From an uncultured Acidimicrobiia bacterium (GTDB lineage Bacteria; Acidobacteriota; Terriglobia; Versatilivoradales; Versatilivoraceae), in assembly GCA_963786955.1 (NCBI GenBank), contig CAWBAT010000005.1, positions 288,001 through 352,000 on the forward strand: a stretch of 64,000 nt of DNA. The letters run 5' to 3'. Shown here piece after piece: positions 1 to 9,892 of the stretch. Below the pieces are notes generated by a model. The model was not told the origin of the DNA. It ran no database searches and saw only the letters and a program-made list of their open reading frames with translations. The translations under genes and the position numbers were made by a program. The number at the start of each line of letters is the position of its first letter. The stretch's first letter is position 1.

Positions 1-1
1 T

Positions 2-796
2 ATTTGTCTTCGCCCCTGCAAGGCTTTCCCGCAAAATCCTCTAAACCTGAAGGAAAACATCAACCTCGTGGTCTTTCGTGAAAATACGGAAGACCTTTAC
101 GCCGGCGTAGAATTCCGTCCCGTTCCTCGAGAACTTTCTGAGACGTTAAGCCGGTTATCCGGGCAATTCGCTCCATACCGCGATTTAAAACCTGAGGAAT
201 TCGCCATTTCCTGCAAGATCAATACGCGCCGCTCCAGCAATCGCATTATCCGCGCTGCATTTGAATACGCCAGGGAGAATGGGCGAAAGAAGGTGACCGT
301 TGTGCATAAGGCCAACGTTGTTAGAGCCACCGACGGGATTTTTCTCGAAGCGGGATACGAGATTGCAAAGGAGTATCCTGAGATCCAGTGTGATGACGCC
401 AACATCGATGCCATGACCATGTGGCTTTTGAAGAACCCACTCAACTATGAAGTTTTGGTAGCTCCAAACCTTTATGGAGACATCGTTTCCGATCTGTGTG
501 CACAAATGGTCGGTGGGCTGGGCTTTGGCTGCTCGGGAAACATCGGAGACAAACTGGCTGTGTTTGAACCAACCCACGGGTCTGCACCCAAATATGCCGG
601 GCAGCTCAAAGTGAATCCCATTGCGACCATCCTGGCGGCCAGAATGATGTTGGAATGGCTGGGCGAAGCGGAAAAAGCGGAGAGACTTCAAGCTGCCGTG
701 GCTTCGGTGATACGTGCGGGTCAGGTCAGAACATACGATATGGGAGGCAGCGCCAGCACTCTGCAAATGGCTCAAGCCATTGCCGATGAACTCTAA
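2..796 (+). CDS. Isocitrate/isopropylmalate dehydrogenase family protein (5' end outside window)
   Basis: Frame is open from base 2 (ICLRPCK...VVFRENTEDLYAG); family motifs VHKANV, NLYGDIVSD, FEPTHGSAP, RTYDMGG. Substrate cannot be assigned from sequence. Confidence 0.93.
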   Translation: MCLRPCKAFPQNPLNLKENINLVVFRENTEDLYAGVEFRPVPRELSETLSRLSGQFAPYRDLKPEEFAISCKINTRRSSNRIIRAAFEYARENGRKKVTVVHKANVVRATDGIFLEAGYEIAKEYPEIQCDDANIDAMTMWLLKNPLNYEVLVAPNLYGDIVSDLCAQMVGGLGFGCSGNIGDKLAVFEPTHGSAPKYAGQLKVNPIATILAARMMLEWLGEAEKAERLQAAVASVIRAGQVRTYDMGGSASTLQMAQAIADEL

Positions 797-800
797 GCCG

Positions 801-1958
801 CTATTCTCGCAATGCATCAATCAGCTTGATGCGGGCGGCCCGCAGGGCCGGGAGCCCACCACCCAGAATACCGACAATGGCCGCGAAGATCATCCCTTGC
901 AGGAGGATTTTTGGGGTGATTCGAAAGTTAAACAAGATTTCAGTGAAGGTAGAAAAATTGGCCGTCCCTGTCGATAACCCGTGCAAAGGTAACGCCATCA
1001 CGCAGCCGAGAATTCCGCCCAAAAGAGCCAGCAGCGTCGACTCAATGATGAATGAAGACCAGATACTCCAGCCTGAAAATCCCACCGCCCTTAAAGTTCC
1101 GACTTCCTTAATCCTCGACATCACAGTCGCATACATCATGTTCATCGCGGCAAAACAGGACCCAACTCCCATGACGAGGGCAATAAACACGCCCAGAGCC
1201 TTAATCCCGATCGAACTGACGGTTTGACCGCGGAAGTATTCTTTCTGCGAGACTGCCTGGAGATGGATGCGCCGGTCATCCGCAATCCGGTGCGTCATGT
1301 CCTTGGCGGCAACCGCATCGACGGCTTCAGCTAGAAGCGACGAGTAGACGGGGCGGTCCCAATCCTGCGCGACGTCTTCCGCATCGGTCCACACTTCAGA
1401 GTCGTAAGCGGTACCTCCAGCATTAAAAATGCCAACCACTTTCCAATTGCTCCGCGACATGTGAAGAGTATCTCCCAACCGCATGTTTTGGAATCGACGG
1501 GAGAGGGATTCGCTGACGACGATCTCCCGCAGGCCTCGTCGAAACCATTCGCCCTGGACTAGCTTAGCTTCCGGCCTCAATCGAAGACCCATGGGAGAGG
1601 TTCCCCGAACCATTACATTTGAGGACTCCCCCGTAATCCTGGGGTGGCTGATCACCACCAAAATCTCACCACTGACCATTGGCTCATTGTTGCTGTCAAG
1701 GCGAAAGCCTGCTAGAAGTCGAATGGTCCCCAGCAAATCCCGATTAAAGTAGCTATTGACCTCATTGAGAGAGCCATCGCGAATGATAATCAGGTAATTT
1801 TCGTGACCGGTCTCCACAAAGGTAGTATCCAACCCGTTGACCAGGGCCATCATGGTGATGACGACTGCCACAGTCAGTCCTATCCCCAAGGCGGTCATCA
1901 AGGTCCCAACCCAGCGGACCCACAAGCTACCGATGTTGTATTTCAGTGGAATCCTCAT
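801..1958 (-). CDS. ABC transporter permease, MacB/FtsX family
   Basis: N-terminal TM, periplasmic domain, C-terminal TMs with R-x-KEVGTLRAVGF motif. Confidence 0.9.
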   Translation of the reverse strand: MRIPLKYNIGSLWVRWVGTLMTALGIGLTVAVVITMMALVNGLDTTFVETGHENYLIIIRDGSLNEVNSYFNRDLLGTIRLLAGFRLDSNNEPMVSGEILVVISHPRITGESSNVMVRGTSPMGLRLRPEAKLVQGEWFRRGLREIVVSESLSRRFQNMRLGDTLHMSRSNWKVVGIFNAGGTAYDSEVWTDAEDVAQDWDRPVYSSLLAEAVDAVAAKDMTHRIADDRRIHLQAVSQKEYFRGQTVSSIGIKALGVFIALVMGVGSCFAAMNMMYATVMSRIKEVGTLRAVGFSGWSIWSSFIIESTLLALLGGILGCVMALPLHGLSTGTANFSTFTEILFNFRITPKILLQGMIFAAIVGILGGGLPALRAARIKLIDALRE

Positions 1959-2003
1959 AAGGTGGTCATTATGAAACGAAACATTTCTCGCCTTTTAGGA
2001 TTT

Positions 2004-2213
2004 TTCATTGGTCATTGTTCAATTGTCATTTAACATTTTCTCGCAAAGTTCCAACATCTATGACTTGGCAATCACAAAGATTGCCTAAGTCATCTCTTTG
2101 GAAATCCCGCCGTCTGGTAGGCCGTCAATCGGCCAACCTCTCCTCAATCAGCAAGAGACGAAGAGATTAAGCTCAATGGCAAATGACAAATGAAAAATGA
2201 GCAATGAACAATT
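2004..2213. repeat. Inverted AT-rich heptamer repeat tracts ((T/G)TCATTG ... (C/A)AATGA(C/A/G))
   Basis: Left tract ttcattg gtcattg ttcaatt at 2004-2030; complementary right tract caatggc aaatgac aaatgaa aaatgag caatgaa at 2174-2213. Confidence 0.7.
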
Positions 2214-2253
2214 AAAACATTCCCAAAAGTTGGAGAATCCTCCTTCCGCAATT

Positions 2254-3399
2254 TCAAGCAACCCGGCGCAGCGCCTCAACTGCCGGCCGATGGGCAGCGC
2301 TCCAAGCGGGCACTGCGGCAGCCAAAATGCCGACCCCTACGCCAATTCCAACACCCATGCCAATGATTCGAGGCCCCACATGAAGGTTCTGAACAAAGCC
2401 GCTCGTGATGACCGCCAGGTTTAAGTTCGAATAGGCCGCGCGGGCCGCGAGAGTTCCTATCATTGCCCCTGAAAAGGAGAGCGCCACCGACTCGCCCAAC
2501 AGCAATTTCAGAATGAGCCCATCCTGAAAACCCAAGGCCTTGAGAATACCGATTTCACGCGTACGTTCCCGGATCGACATCGCCATCGTATTCGCGGCGA
2601 CGAGAATAATGGCAAAAATGACCACAGAACAAATACTGGTAATCAGGAGTTGTACGTTTCCCATCATTGAAACAAATCCCAGGATAAAGGCTTTCTCCGT
2701 CTCTGTCTTGGTCGGGACCGGAGCATTCTGGAACAAGGCATCAACCTGCTCCGCAATCCTGGGAATTTCTTCAACGGACCGGGCACGAATGGTGTAGGTG
2801 CCGGTGAAGCTTGCATTATTCATCCCCTCGTTGAAATACTCCCAATGGAAAAAGAGTGTGCTCCCCTCGTCGCCACCTCCCTCGTAGATTCCACGCAGGG
2901 TCAGCTCGGGGTCAAACTGAAATAGGGCACCCTTCAGGTGGATCTTGTCCCCAATCTTCCAGCCAAACCGTTCAGCCAAGTTATTTCCTGCAATTGCTCC
3001 GGTGCGATCTTTAATGAAGGCTTCTTGTTGGTCTTTGGGGATGATCATGTCGGAATTGACGTAAAAGAAACCCTCCGTATCGACAGAGAACTGGGCAAAG
3101 AAGTTGGACGGGTCTTTGTACACGCCGCCAAACCACATGGAACCGACCACTGTGTCTACACCTTCGACTTTGGCAATTTTCTGGCGGTAGGAAATCGGCA
3201 ACGAATTAAATAGAGATACTTTGTGACGTGTAATCAGACGTAGCGCCGATTCGGGAGTCTTCGTCGGATTCTGCAGTGAATCCAACAGGGTAAGCAGAGT
3301 GGTGATCAGAAACAGGGAGACGGCGATGCTACTCATGGTCAGCAAGGTGCGGCGTCGGTTTCTCCAGATATTCTTATAAAGGATCCAAAAAAATTTCAT
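2254..3399 (-). CDS. ABC transporter permease, MacB/FtsX family
   Basis: KNIWRNRRRTLLT N-terminus, RERTREIGILKALGF motif, four TM segments; paired with the 801-1958 permease. Confidence 0.9.
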   Translation of the reverse strand: MKFFWILYKNIWRNRRRTLLTMSSIAVSLFLITTLLTLLDSLQNPTKTPESALRLITRHKVSLFNSLPISYRQKIAKVEGVDTVVGSMWFGGVYKDPSNFFAQFSVDTEGFFYVNSDMIIPKDQQEAFIKDRTGAIAGNNLAERFGWKIGDKIHLKGALFQFDPELTLRGIYEGGGDEGSTLFFHWEYFNEGMNNASFTGTYTIRARSVEEIPRIAEQVDALFQNAPVPTKTETEKAFILGFVSMMGNVQLLITSICSVVIFAIILVAANTMAMSIRERTREIGILKALGFQDGLILKLLLGESVALSFSGAMIGTLAARAAYSNLNLAVITSGFVQNLHVGPRIIGMGVGIGVGVGILAAAVPAWSAAHRPAVEALRRVA

Positions 3400-3636
3400 T
3401 AGCCCCTCTGCAGACTCATGTGCGCTAAATCCCGGACTAATGCAGAAACATCAATTGTTGTTTGCCAGGACATTCTTCACCTCCCAGCAGTCCCCCTGAA
3501 GATGTGAAAAAATCGGTTGTGGCGGCGGTCTGTGACCGCCGTTTCCTTTCAAATCAACGGCTTGGTCGGCGCTCATAGAGCGCCGCTACAATTTCTTCAC
3601 CCTTTCAGGGTCGTGGCATTTCCGATCCCACAGGGA

Positions 3637-4872
3637 TTAATTCGGATGAGGGATTCCCAAGACCGTTCTTACCGTATCCCGGGCGATAAGCAGTTCTTCA
3701 TTTGTGGGGATGACCGCGACATTCACCTTGCTCTGTGACGAAGAGACCAACCCTTCCGAATGAAGAGTCTTTTCATTGAGTAAGGAGTCTATTGTGATTC
3801 CAAAGAAGTCCAGCCGTTCACAACTCTTTGCACGAACCAGTGCCGAGTTTTCGCCAATTCCCCCGGTGAAAATTATCCCATCGACTTTGCCCAGAGCGGC
3901 GCAATAGGCACCGATGTACTTCCGGACGCGGTAGCAAAAAATGTCAATGGCCAATTTCGCCCGTGGATTTCCTGCCTTCATTTCCTCCTGCAGTTCCCGC
4001 ATGTCACCAGAGATTCCAGAGATGCCATACAATCCGCTGTGTTTGTTGAGCAACGTGGTGGCTTCGTGGATGGATAATTCTTCCTTGGCCATGACATGGA
4101 GGATCACGGCGGGATCAACGTCTCCGGACCGGCTCCCCATGACTAAGCCTTCCAGCGGGGTAAATCCCATAGAAGTATCGATCGACTGGCCTTTCTCAAT
4201 GGCACAAATCGAACAACCATTTCCCAGGTGGCACGTGATCAGATTGGCCTCTTCCCGCTTCAATTGAAAGAGTTGACGAAAACGATAGGCCACAAAACGG
4301 TGAGAGGTGCCATGAAAGCCGTAACGGCGGATCTGATGACGGCGGTACAAGACGTATGGCAAGCCGTAAATGTAAGCTTCGGCAGGCATCGACTGGTGAA
4401 AGGCCGTATCGAATACAGCCACCTGGGGGACCTCCGGAAGCAGTTCGCGGCAGACTTGATATCCCCGTAGATTATGCGGATTATGCAGCGGAGCCAGTTG
4501 AATACATTCACGAATCTCCGCCACCACCGGCTCCGTCATTAATTTCGAGTCGCTAAATTTCTCTCCCCCGTGGACCACTCGATGCCCAATCGCACCAATT
4601 TCATTGGGACCTTTGACTAGTGGGTTGGGGCCTGACCGCAAAAGTTCGAGGCACTGACTAATCGCGGACTTATGATCCAAGACTTCTCGAGCAGACACAT
4701 GGGCTTTCACCCCGTTACTCTCAAAATGAATGAGTGCTTCAGTCGTTCCGATCTTCTCAACAGCACCCTTGGCCAGCAAACGATCCTGGTTGGACTGGAT
4801 GAGTTCAGCGTCGGTTTCTATGAATTGGAACTTCACGGTGGAACTGCCGCAGTTCAGAACAAAAACTTTCAT
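3637..4872 (-). CDS. ackA: Acetate kinase
   Basis: VLNCGSSTVKFQ, GHRVVHGG, APLHNP, VFDTAFHQ, RRYGFHGTSH, HLGNG, FTGGIGENS, IPTNEE. Confidence 0.97.
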   Translation of the reverse strand: MKVFVLNCGSSTVKFQFIETDAELIQSNQDRLLAKGAVEKIGTTEALIHFESNGVKAHVSAREVLDHKSAISQCLELLRSGPNPLVKGPNEIGAIGHRVVHGGEKFSDSKLMTEPVVAEIRECIQLAPLHNPHNLRGYQVCRELLPEVPQVAVFDTAFHQSMPAEAYIYGLPYVLYRRHQIRRYGFHGTSHRFVAYRFRQLFQLKREEANLITCHLGNGCSICAIEKGQSIDTSMGFTPLEGLVMGSRSGDVDPAVILHVMAKEELSIHEATTLLNKHSGLYGISGISGDMRELQEEMKAGNPRAKLAIDIFCYRVRKYIGAYCAALGKVDGIIFTGGIGENSALVRAKSCERLDFFGITIDSLLNEKTLHSEGLVSSSQSKVNVAVIPTNEELLIARDTVRTVLGIPHPN

Positions 4873-4927
4873 GATTTCGCTTTGATGAATTCAAAAAAAT
4901 CCCAAAAGACTTAAACCACGGGGATAA

Positions 4928-5023
4928 TTATTTGTTATTGGCTATTTACTATTTGCTATTGAGACCAAAATTGCCTCATTTTCCAATAGCAAATATCAAA
5001 TCGAAAATAGGCAATAGCAAATT
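4928..5023. repeat. Inverted AT-rich heptamer repeat tracts ((C/T)TATTTG ... (C/A)AATAGC)
   Basis: Five 7-mers at 4928-4961 face five complementary 7-mers at 4984-5018 across a 22-nt loop. Confidence 0.7.
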
Positions 5024-5051
5024 GATCAAGTCTCCCCGTGTTCCCCGTGGT

Positions 5052-5939
5052 TCATTTTTTCTTGCCTTGAGTTTCAGGGTTCTCACCGTAAACAAAGAAC
5101 CCTTTCCCGGTCTTGACGCCCAGGTCGCCAGCCCGGACTTTCATTCTTAGGATTGGGCAAGGGCGATATTTCAAATCACCCAACTCTCGAAATAGATGCT
5201 CCATCCACTTCATGACTTCGTCCAGACCCATGCGGTCGGCGAGGGCCAATGGCCCAATTTCCATGTTATATCCTAGTTTCATGGCTGTATCGACATCCTC
5301 GGCGCTGGCAATCCCCTCTAAAACCACCTGCATCGCCTCGTTGATCATTGGCAGCATAATGCGAGTCGTCACATAGCCAGGATATTCGTAAACCTCGATC
5401 GGAGTTTTTCCAAGAGAGATCAGAAACTCTCGCACAAATTGGTAGGTGGCGTCCGAGGTCTTCAGCCCACGGATTAATTCAACCAGAGCCATCTTCAATA
5501 CGGGATTCATGAAGTGAACACCAATGAAGCGATCCGGATGTTGGAGTCGTTCCGCCATTTTCGTAATGCTGAGGGTCGAGGTATTGGTCACAAAAATCGA
5601 GTCCGCCGAACACACAGTGGAAAGCTGATTGAAGAGCTTAACTTTCAAATCGAACTCTTCGGGAATAGCCTCGATGAAGAGGCCGAGTCCGGAAATCTCA
5701 CCCAGATTCGTCGTCACAGAAATTTTCTTCATCAAGGCCCGCTTATCGCTAGCGGTCAGGGCCCAACGGGAAATCTCATAATCCAGTTCATCAGCAAGCC
5801 GGTTGCTTGCCGCTTCGGCAGCCTCCGGGTTCTTTTCACACAGCAGAACTTCCATTCCCGCCTGCGCCACAACCACGGCAATCCCACGACCCATCGTGCC
5901 GCCGCCTAGGATCCCGACTTTGTTCAGACGATTTATCAA
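5052..5939 (-). CDS. hbd: 3-hydroxybutyryl-CoA/3-hydroxyacyl-CoA dehydrogenase
   Basis: GILGGGTMGRGIA Rossmann motif, IEAIPE, TNTSTLSI, GVHFMNP, GPLALAD, LGVKTGKGFF. Confidence 0.9.
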   Translation of the reverse strand: MINRLNKVGILGGGTMGRGIAVVVAQAGMEVLLCEKNPEAAEAASNRLADELDYEISRWALTASDKRALMKKISVTTNLGEISGLGLFIEAIPEEFDLKVKLFNQLSTVCSADSIFVTNTSTLSITKMAERLQHPDRFIGVHFMNPVLKMALVELIRGLKTSDATYQFVREFLISLGKTPIEVYEYPGYVTTRIMLPMINEAMQVVLEGIASAEDVDTAMKLGYNMEIGPLALADRMGLDEVMKWMEHLFRELGDLKYRPCPILRMKVRAGDLGVKTGKGFFVYGENPETQGKKK

Positions 5940-6002
5940 ATCAGTTCTCCGGAAAATCGCGAGAAAGGGGCTGGATAAGAATTTGCTGCCGACCCTATCT
6001 CT

Positions 6003-6758
6003 TTAGGAAAGTTGATGCTGGCGAATACGCACGCCGGATTGCTCAAACAAGTGAAAAGACGTGTCGTTGAGGGGATAATCGATGTTAAAAATAACCTCCA
6101 CCATTCCGCAGTTAATGATCATTTTGGAACACATAAGACAAGGGGAAAACGTTGTATAAATCGTGCCGTCTTTCACACTCGTCCCGTGGTAAGCAGCCTG
6201 GGTAATGGCATTCTCTTCCGCGTGAGAGCAAAGACATTCCTCGAGCCGTGTTCCGCTGCTGGCAAGGCTATTACAGCGGGGGCATCCCCCTTCATTGCAA
6301 TTCTTGGTGCCCCGCGGTGTCCCATTATATCCGGTCGAGATAATTCGCCTGTCGCGCACAATCACGGCTCCGACTTTACGCTTGATGCAATTGCTACGCA
6401 TGGAAGCCACTTGTGCAATCTTCATAAAATATTCATCCCAGTCGGGGCGGGGTTGGGCTCGGGTCTCTGCAATGACCCACTGGCTGATCCGGGTCTCGGC
6501 TTCCAACTCTGGAGTCTTGATGTCAATAAAATAGGGAGTCTGGGATTCTCCTATTTCCCCAATGCCAATCAACAAGGCACCGCGATTCTTCCAATTCTCC
6601 AATATAAGCCCATCACTGGCAACATCCACCACATGGTTCTTATCTTCCTCAAGCTTTATCTCGGCATCTCCCGTAGAGAGATAAAAGCTCTTCTGTGAAA
6701 GATAATCCAGTAAAGCCGACTTCAGAGGAGAAGGACGGCCGTAAAGTCCAATGATCAT
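6003..6758 (-). CDS. dCMP deaminase with short degenerate N-terminal kinase-like region
   Basis: RPDWDEYFM, RSNC, GYNGTP, HAEENAI and PCLMC zinc motifs; about 100 extra N-terminal residues starting MIIGLYG. Confidence 0.9.
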   Translation of the reverse strand: MIIGLYGRPSPLKSALLDYLSQKSFYLSTGDAEIKLEEDKNHVVDVASDGLILENWKNRGALLIGIGEIGESQTPYFIDIKTPELEAETRISQWVIAETRAQPRPDWDEYFMKIAQVASMRSNCIKRKVGAVIVRDRRIISTGYNGTPRGTKNCNEGGCPRCNSLASSGTRLEECLCSHAEENAITQAAYHGTSVKDGTIYTTFSPCLMCSKMIINCGMVEVIFNIDYPLNDTSFHLFEQSGVRIRQHQLS

Positions 6759-6972
6759 GATCCATCCTAATGGGTATTGCCGTAAATTCCGCCAATCAGA
6801 CTACCACAAATGGAACCATTTTTCGCTTTCTACGATAGAATGAGAGAGGTTGAGCCAGGGATTCATCGGGTCGCCCTTTCCCATTTACGGGCAACGCAGT
6901 CACTCGATGCAAAGAGGCTCTAATGGGCAAGCCTTTTAAAATGTTTGGCCCCTTCTTCTATAAGGAGCATCT

Positions 6973-7599
6973 ATGGAAATCATCAATCCCGAAATCGATC
7001 ATTATCTGAAAGGCCTCCTTCCCAACCGAGACAGTGTCTTACAGCAAATGGAAACCTATGGGAATGAGAAGAACTTCCCGATCATCGGTCCTTTAGTCGG
7101 CCGGTTGCTGCTTCAACTCGCCTCTTTAACCGAAGCGAAGAAGATCTTCGAGTTGGGGTCAGGTTTCGGCTATTCGGCCTTATGGTTTTCTAAGGGTGTT
7201 CAACCGGATGCCAAAATCATCTGCACGGACGGCTCACCGGAAAACGCTGCAATGGCCGAAGGCTTTTTCAAGCAGGCTGGCATTGAGAGGTTGGTTGACT
7301 TTCGTGTCGGGGATGCATTATCTCTACTGGACAACGAATTGGGCCCTTTTGACATTATTCTCAATGATATCGACAAGCACGAATATCCGCAGGCTTTCCG
7401 AAAAGCAGTTCCGAGGCTCCGCAAGGGGGGTCTGCTCATCACCGATAATGTGCTCTGGTCTGGCAAGGTGGTTAGCGATCCTCGAGACGCAGACACAAAA
7501 GGAATCTTGGAGTTTAATCAACTGGCTTATCAGTCTCAAGACGTCCATACCGTGATCATCCCGCTACGTGATGGCGTGGCCGTGAGCATGAAACTATGA
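6973..7599 (+). CDS. O-methyltransferase (caffeoyl-CoA OMT/YrrM-like, class I SAM-dependent)
   Basis: FELGSGFGYS, DIDKHEYP, DNVLWSG, PLRDG; RBS AAGGAG upstream. Confidence 0.92.
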   Translation: MEIINPEIDHYLKGLLPNRDSVLQQMETYGNEKNFPIIGPLVGRLLLQLASLTEAKKIFELGSGFGYSALWFSKGVQPDAKIICTDGSPENAAMAEGFFKQAGIERLVDFRVGDALSLLDNELGPFDIILNDIDKHEYPQAFRKAVPRLRKGGLLITDNVLWSGKVVSDPRDADTKGILEFNQLAYQSQDVHTVIIPLRDGVAVSMKL

Positions 7600-8438
7600 A
7601 GATTGGACCTTACCAAATCGAGTTACTGGAAACAGGACATTTCTGGCTTGACGGCGGCGCCATGTTTGGGGTCGTCCCCAAGACTCTTTGGAATCAGAGC
7701 AATCCCAGTGACGAAAAGAACCGCGTGGAATTAGCGATGCGGGTACTTCTCGTTCTCTATAAAGACCGGAAAATTCTGGTAGATGTTGGAGCCGGCGAAA
7801 AGTATTCCCCCAAGCAGCAGGAAATCTTCCAGTGGAACAACGGCAAGTCTGATCTGAAGAAATCACTGCGCCAACATGGCATTAGTCCGGAACAGGTCAC
7901 CGATGTGGTCTTAACTCATTGTCACTTTGACCACGCCGGAGGCGGAACTGAATTCAGGGATCACCAAACGCAGCTCACATTTCCGCGGGCAACCTATTAT
8001 GTTCAGGACAAACATTGGGAGTGGGCCTTGAACCCCACCGACCGGGATCGAGGCAGTTTCTTGAAGGAAGACATTGAACCTCTCCAAAAATCCGAACAGA
8101 TTAAGACTATCCCGGGTGAAACCGAACTTTTCCCCGGTTTTCACTTAATCCTGTCTAATGGCCATACCCCAGCCCTTCAAATGGTCAAGATTCAGGATGC
8201 TTATCAGACTCTTTTTTATTGCGGCGACCTGATTCCGACAGCAGCCCATCTCGCCTTGCCCTATATCATGGGGTATGATCTTTTCCCGTTGACGACCTTG
8301 GAGGAGAAACGGCTCTATCTCGATCAGGCGTGTGCCGAGGAATGGATCATTGTTCTTGAGCATGACCCAAACATCGGCGCGGTTCGAATTGGGGCCGGCA
8401 GTAAATGGATGGAGATCACAGAAAGAGTAGAAATCTGA
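7596..8438 (+). CDS. MBL-fold metallo-hydrolase (YtnP-like)
   Basis: LDGGAMFGVVPK, THCHFDHAGG (HxHxDH), GHTP, GDLIP, MGYD; ATGA overlap with upstream gene. Confidence 0.92.
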   Translation: MKIGPYQIELLETGHFWLDGGAMFGVVPKTLWNQSNPSDEKNRVELAMRVLLVLYKDRKILVDVGAGEKYSPKQQEIFQWNNGKSDLKKSLRQHGISPEQVTDVVLTHCHFDHAGGGTEFRDHQTQLTFPRATYYVQDKHWEWALNPTDRDRGSFLKEDIEPLQKSEQIKTIPGETELFPGFHLILSNGHTPALQMVKIQDAYQTLFYCGDLIPTAAHLALPYIMGYDLFPLTTLEEKRLYLDQACAEEWIIVLEHDPNIGAVRIGAGSKWMEITERVEI

Positions 8439-8447
8439 AAGGACGAC

Positions 8448-9380
8448 GTGCGGGACAAACTTTACCTTGCCGGCTTTCTCGTTACGGCCGGCCTGCTGCT
8501 GTTCTTAGGCCGACATTTGGTGCAGGAGTCTGCCCTGATGACGGAGGTTTTAACCTTCGCTGCCAGTACTTCGGTGGGAGTCGTGGGCTTGATCCTGTAC
8601 CGATTGCGATTGCAATTAAAGGCCAGCCGGAGAGAATTGGCCCGAAAGGAAGCTGAAATTAGCATTGCTCATGAAGTGCAGCGGGCTTTATTCCCCCGCC
8701 AACTTCCTCGAGACGGAGGGCTTGAGTTCGCTGCCGTTTGTATTCCTGCCGGCGGGATCAGTGGAGATTTTTATGATGCCATCCAATTGCCGGACGGACG
8801 CCAGGTATTTGCCATCGCCGATATCAGTGGAAAAGGCATTTCTGCGGCATTGATCATGGCAAATTTACAAGCGGTGCTTCGTGTCCTGGCCAATTCTGTT
8901 CCCGAGCCTGGTCCAGTCTGCCGGCAGCTCAATAGTCATTTACATCAGGTCACCGATGCCTCTAAATTTGCCACGTTTTTTTACGCCATTTGGGAACCCC
9001 GAAATAGGCATCTAACCTACGTCAATGCGGGTCATAATCCGCCGTTCCTTTTGGGGAACCAGCGGCGTCAGCGTTTGGAGGAAGGAGGGATGCCACTTGG
9101 GATGTTTCCCCATACTGAATTTCAGACCGGTGAAGTGTTCTTTCATCCAGGAGAGTTGTTGGTCCTTTATTCAGATGGTTTGACGGAGGCAGCGAATGCC
9201 CAACGCGTAGAATTTGGAGAATCCCAGCTGGAGTCTCTCGTGAGCGCTCATTGTCAGAAACCTTTGCCTGAGATTCAACAGATCGTCCTGAACGCTGTTC
9301 AAGAGTGGGCAGCCAAACAGTTAGAAGATGATTTAACCTTGGTGCTGGTGCGATGCATCTCAAATACGAGTGACGTTTAG
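8448..9380 (+). CDS. Membrane-anchored PP2C/SpoIIE (RsbU-like) Ser/Thr phosphatase
   Basis: Two N-terminal TMs; ISGDFYD, IADISGKG, NAGHNPP, LYSDGLTE, DDLTL. Confidence 0.92.
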   Translation: MRDKLYLAGFLVTAGLLLFLGRHLVQESALMTEVLTFAASTSVGVVGLILYRLRLQLKASRRELARKEAEISIAHEVQRALFPRQLPRDGGLEFAAVCIPAGGISGDFYDAIQLPDGRQVFAIADISGKGISAALIMANLQAVLRVLANSVPEPGPVCRQLNSHLHQVTDASKFATFFYAIWEPRNRHLTYVNAGHNPPFLLGNQRRQRLEEGGMPLGMFPHTEFQTGEVFFHPGELLVLYSDGLTEAANAQRVEFGESQLESLVSAHCQKPLPEIQQIVLNAVQEWAAKQLEDDLTLVLVRCISNTSDV

Positions 9381-9396
9381 TACAAGTGGAGGAACC

Positions 9397-9891
9397 ATGA
9401 AAGTCCATGGACACGGGCTTCGAGAGCATATCCGGTTTTTGACGCCTCTGCTGCTTTTCGTCTTGATTGTCTGGATTCTGCGATTGTTTCTGGGTATTGC
9501 GGAGGCTCCTTTATGGTTTTCGAAGCTCTTTAGTCTTACCGGAGCGTCGGTCGGTGCCTTGCTCATTGCGATCTTTTGGATCCATACTCGGGATTTCGGA
9601 AGTTATCCGAATGTGGTCATGGCGAGCTTCCTCATCAACACCTGGACTCACCTTCTCATTATCGTAGCCATTATTTTTGCCGTGATGACAGGAACGGAAA
9701 ATATCTTTACACGACCGGAATTCTCGATCAAAGAGGATGATGCCTTTCATGTACGCCATATTCTCGGGCACCTGACGTTTGGAATCGGGGCCAACACTCT
9801 ATTGGGCGCCGGGATGGGCTGTTTTTTGCTTTGGTTGTTGAGAGTCTTTGTTCCTGCGTCTCCCCCAAAGAAGGTGCCAGGAGACTATTAA
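9397..9891 (+). CDS. Hypothetical 4-TM membrane protein
   Basis: GGAGG RBS before ATG 9397; four hydrophobic segments. Confidence 0.75.
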   Translation: MKVHGHGLREHIRFLTPLLLFVLIVWILRLFLGIAEAPLWFSKLFSLTGASVGALLIAIFWIHTRDFGSYPNVVMASFLINTWTHLLIIVAIIFAVMTGTENIFTRPEFSIKEDDAFHVRHILGHLTFGIGANTLLGAGMGCFLLWLLRVFVPASPPKKVPGDY

Positions 9892-9892
9892 A

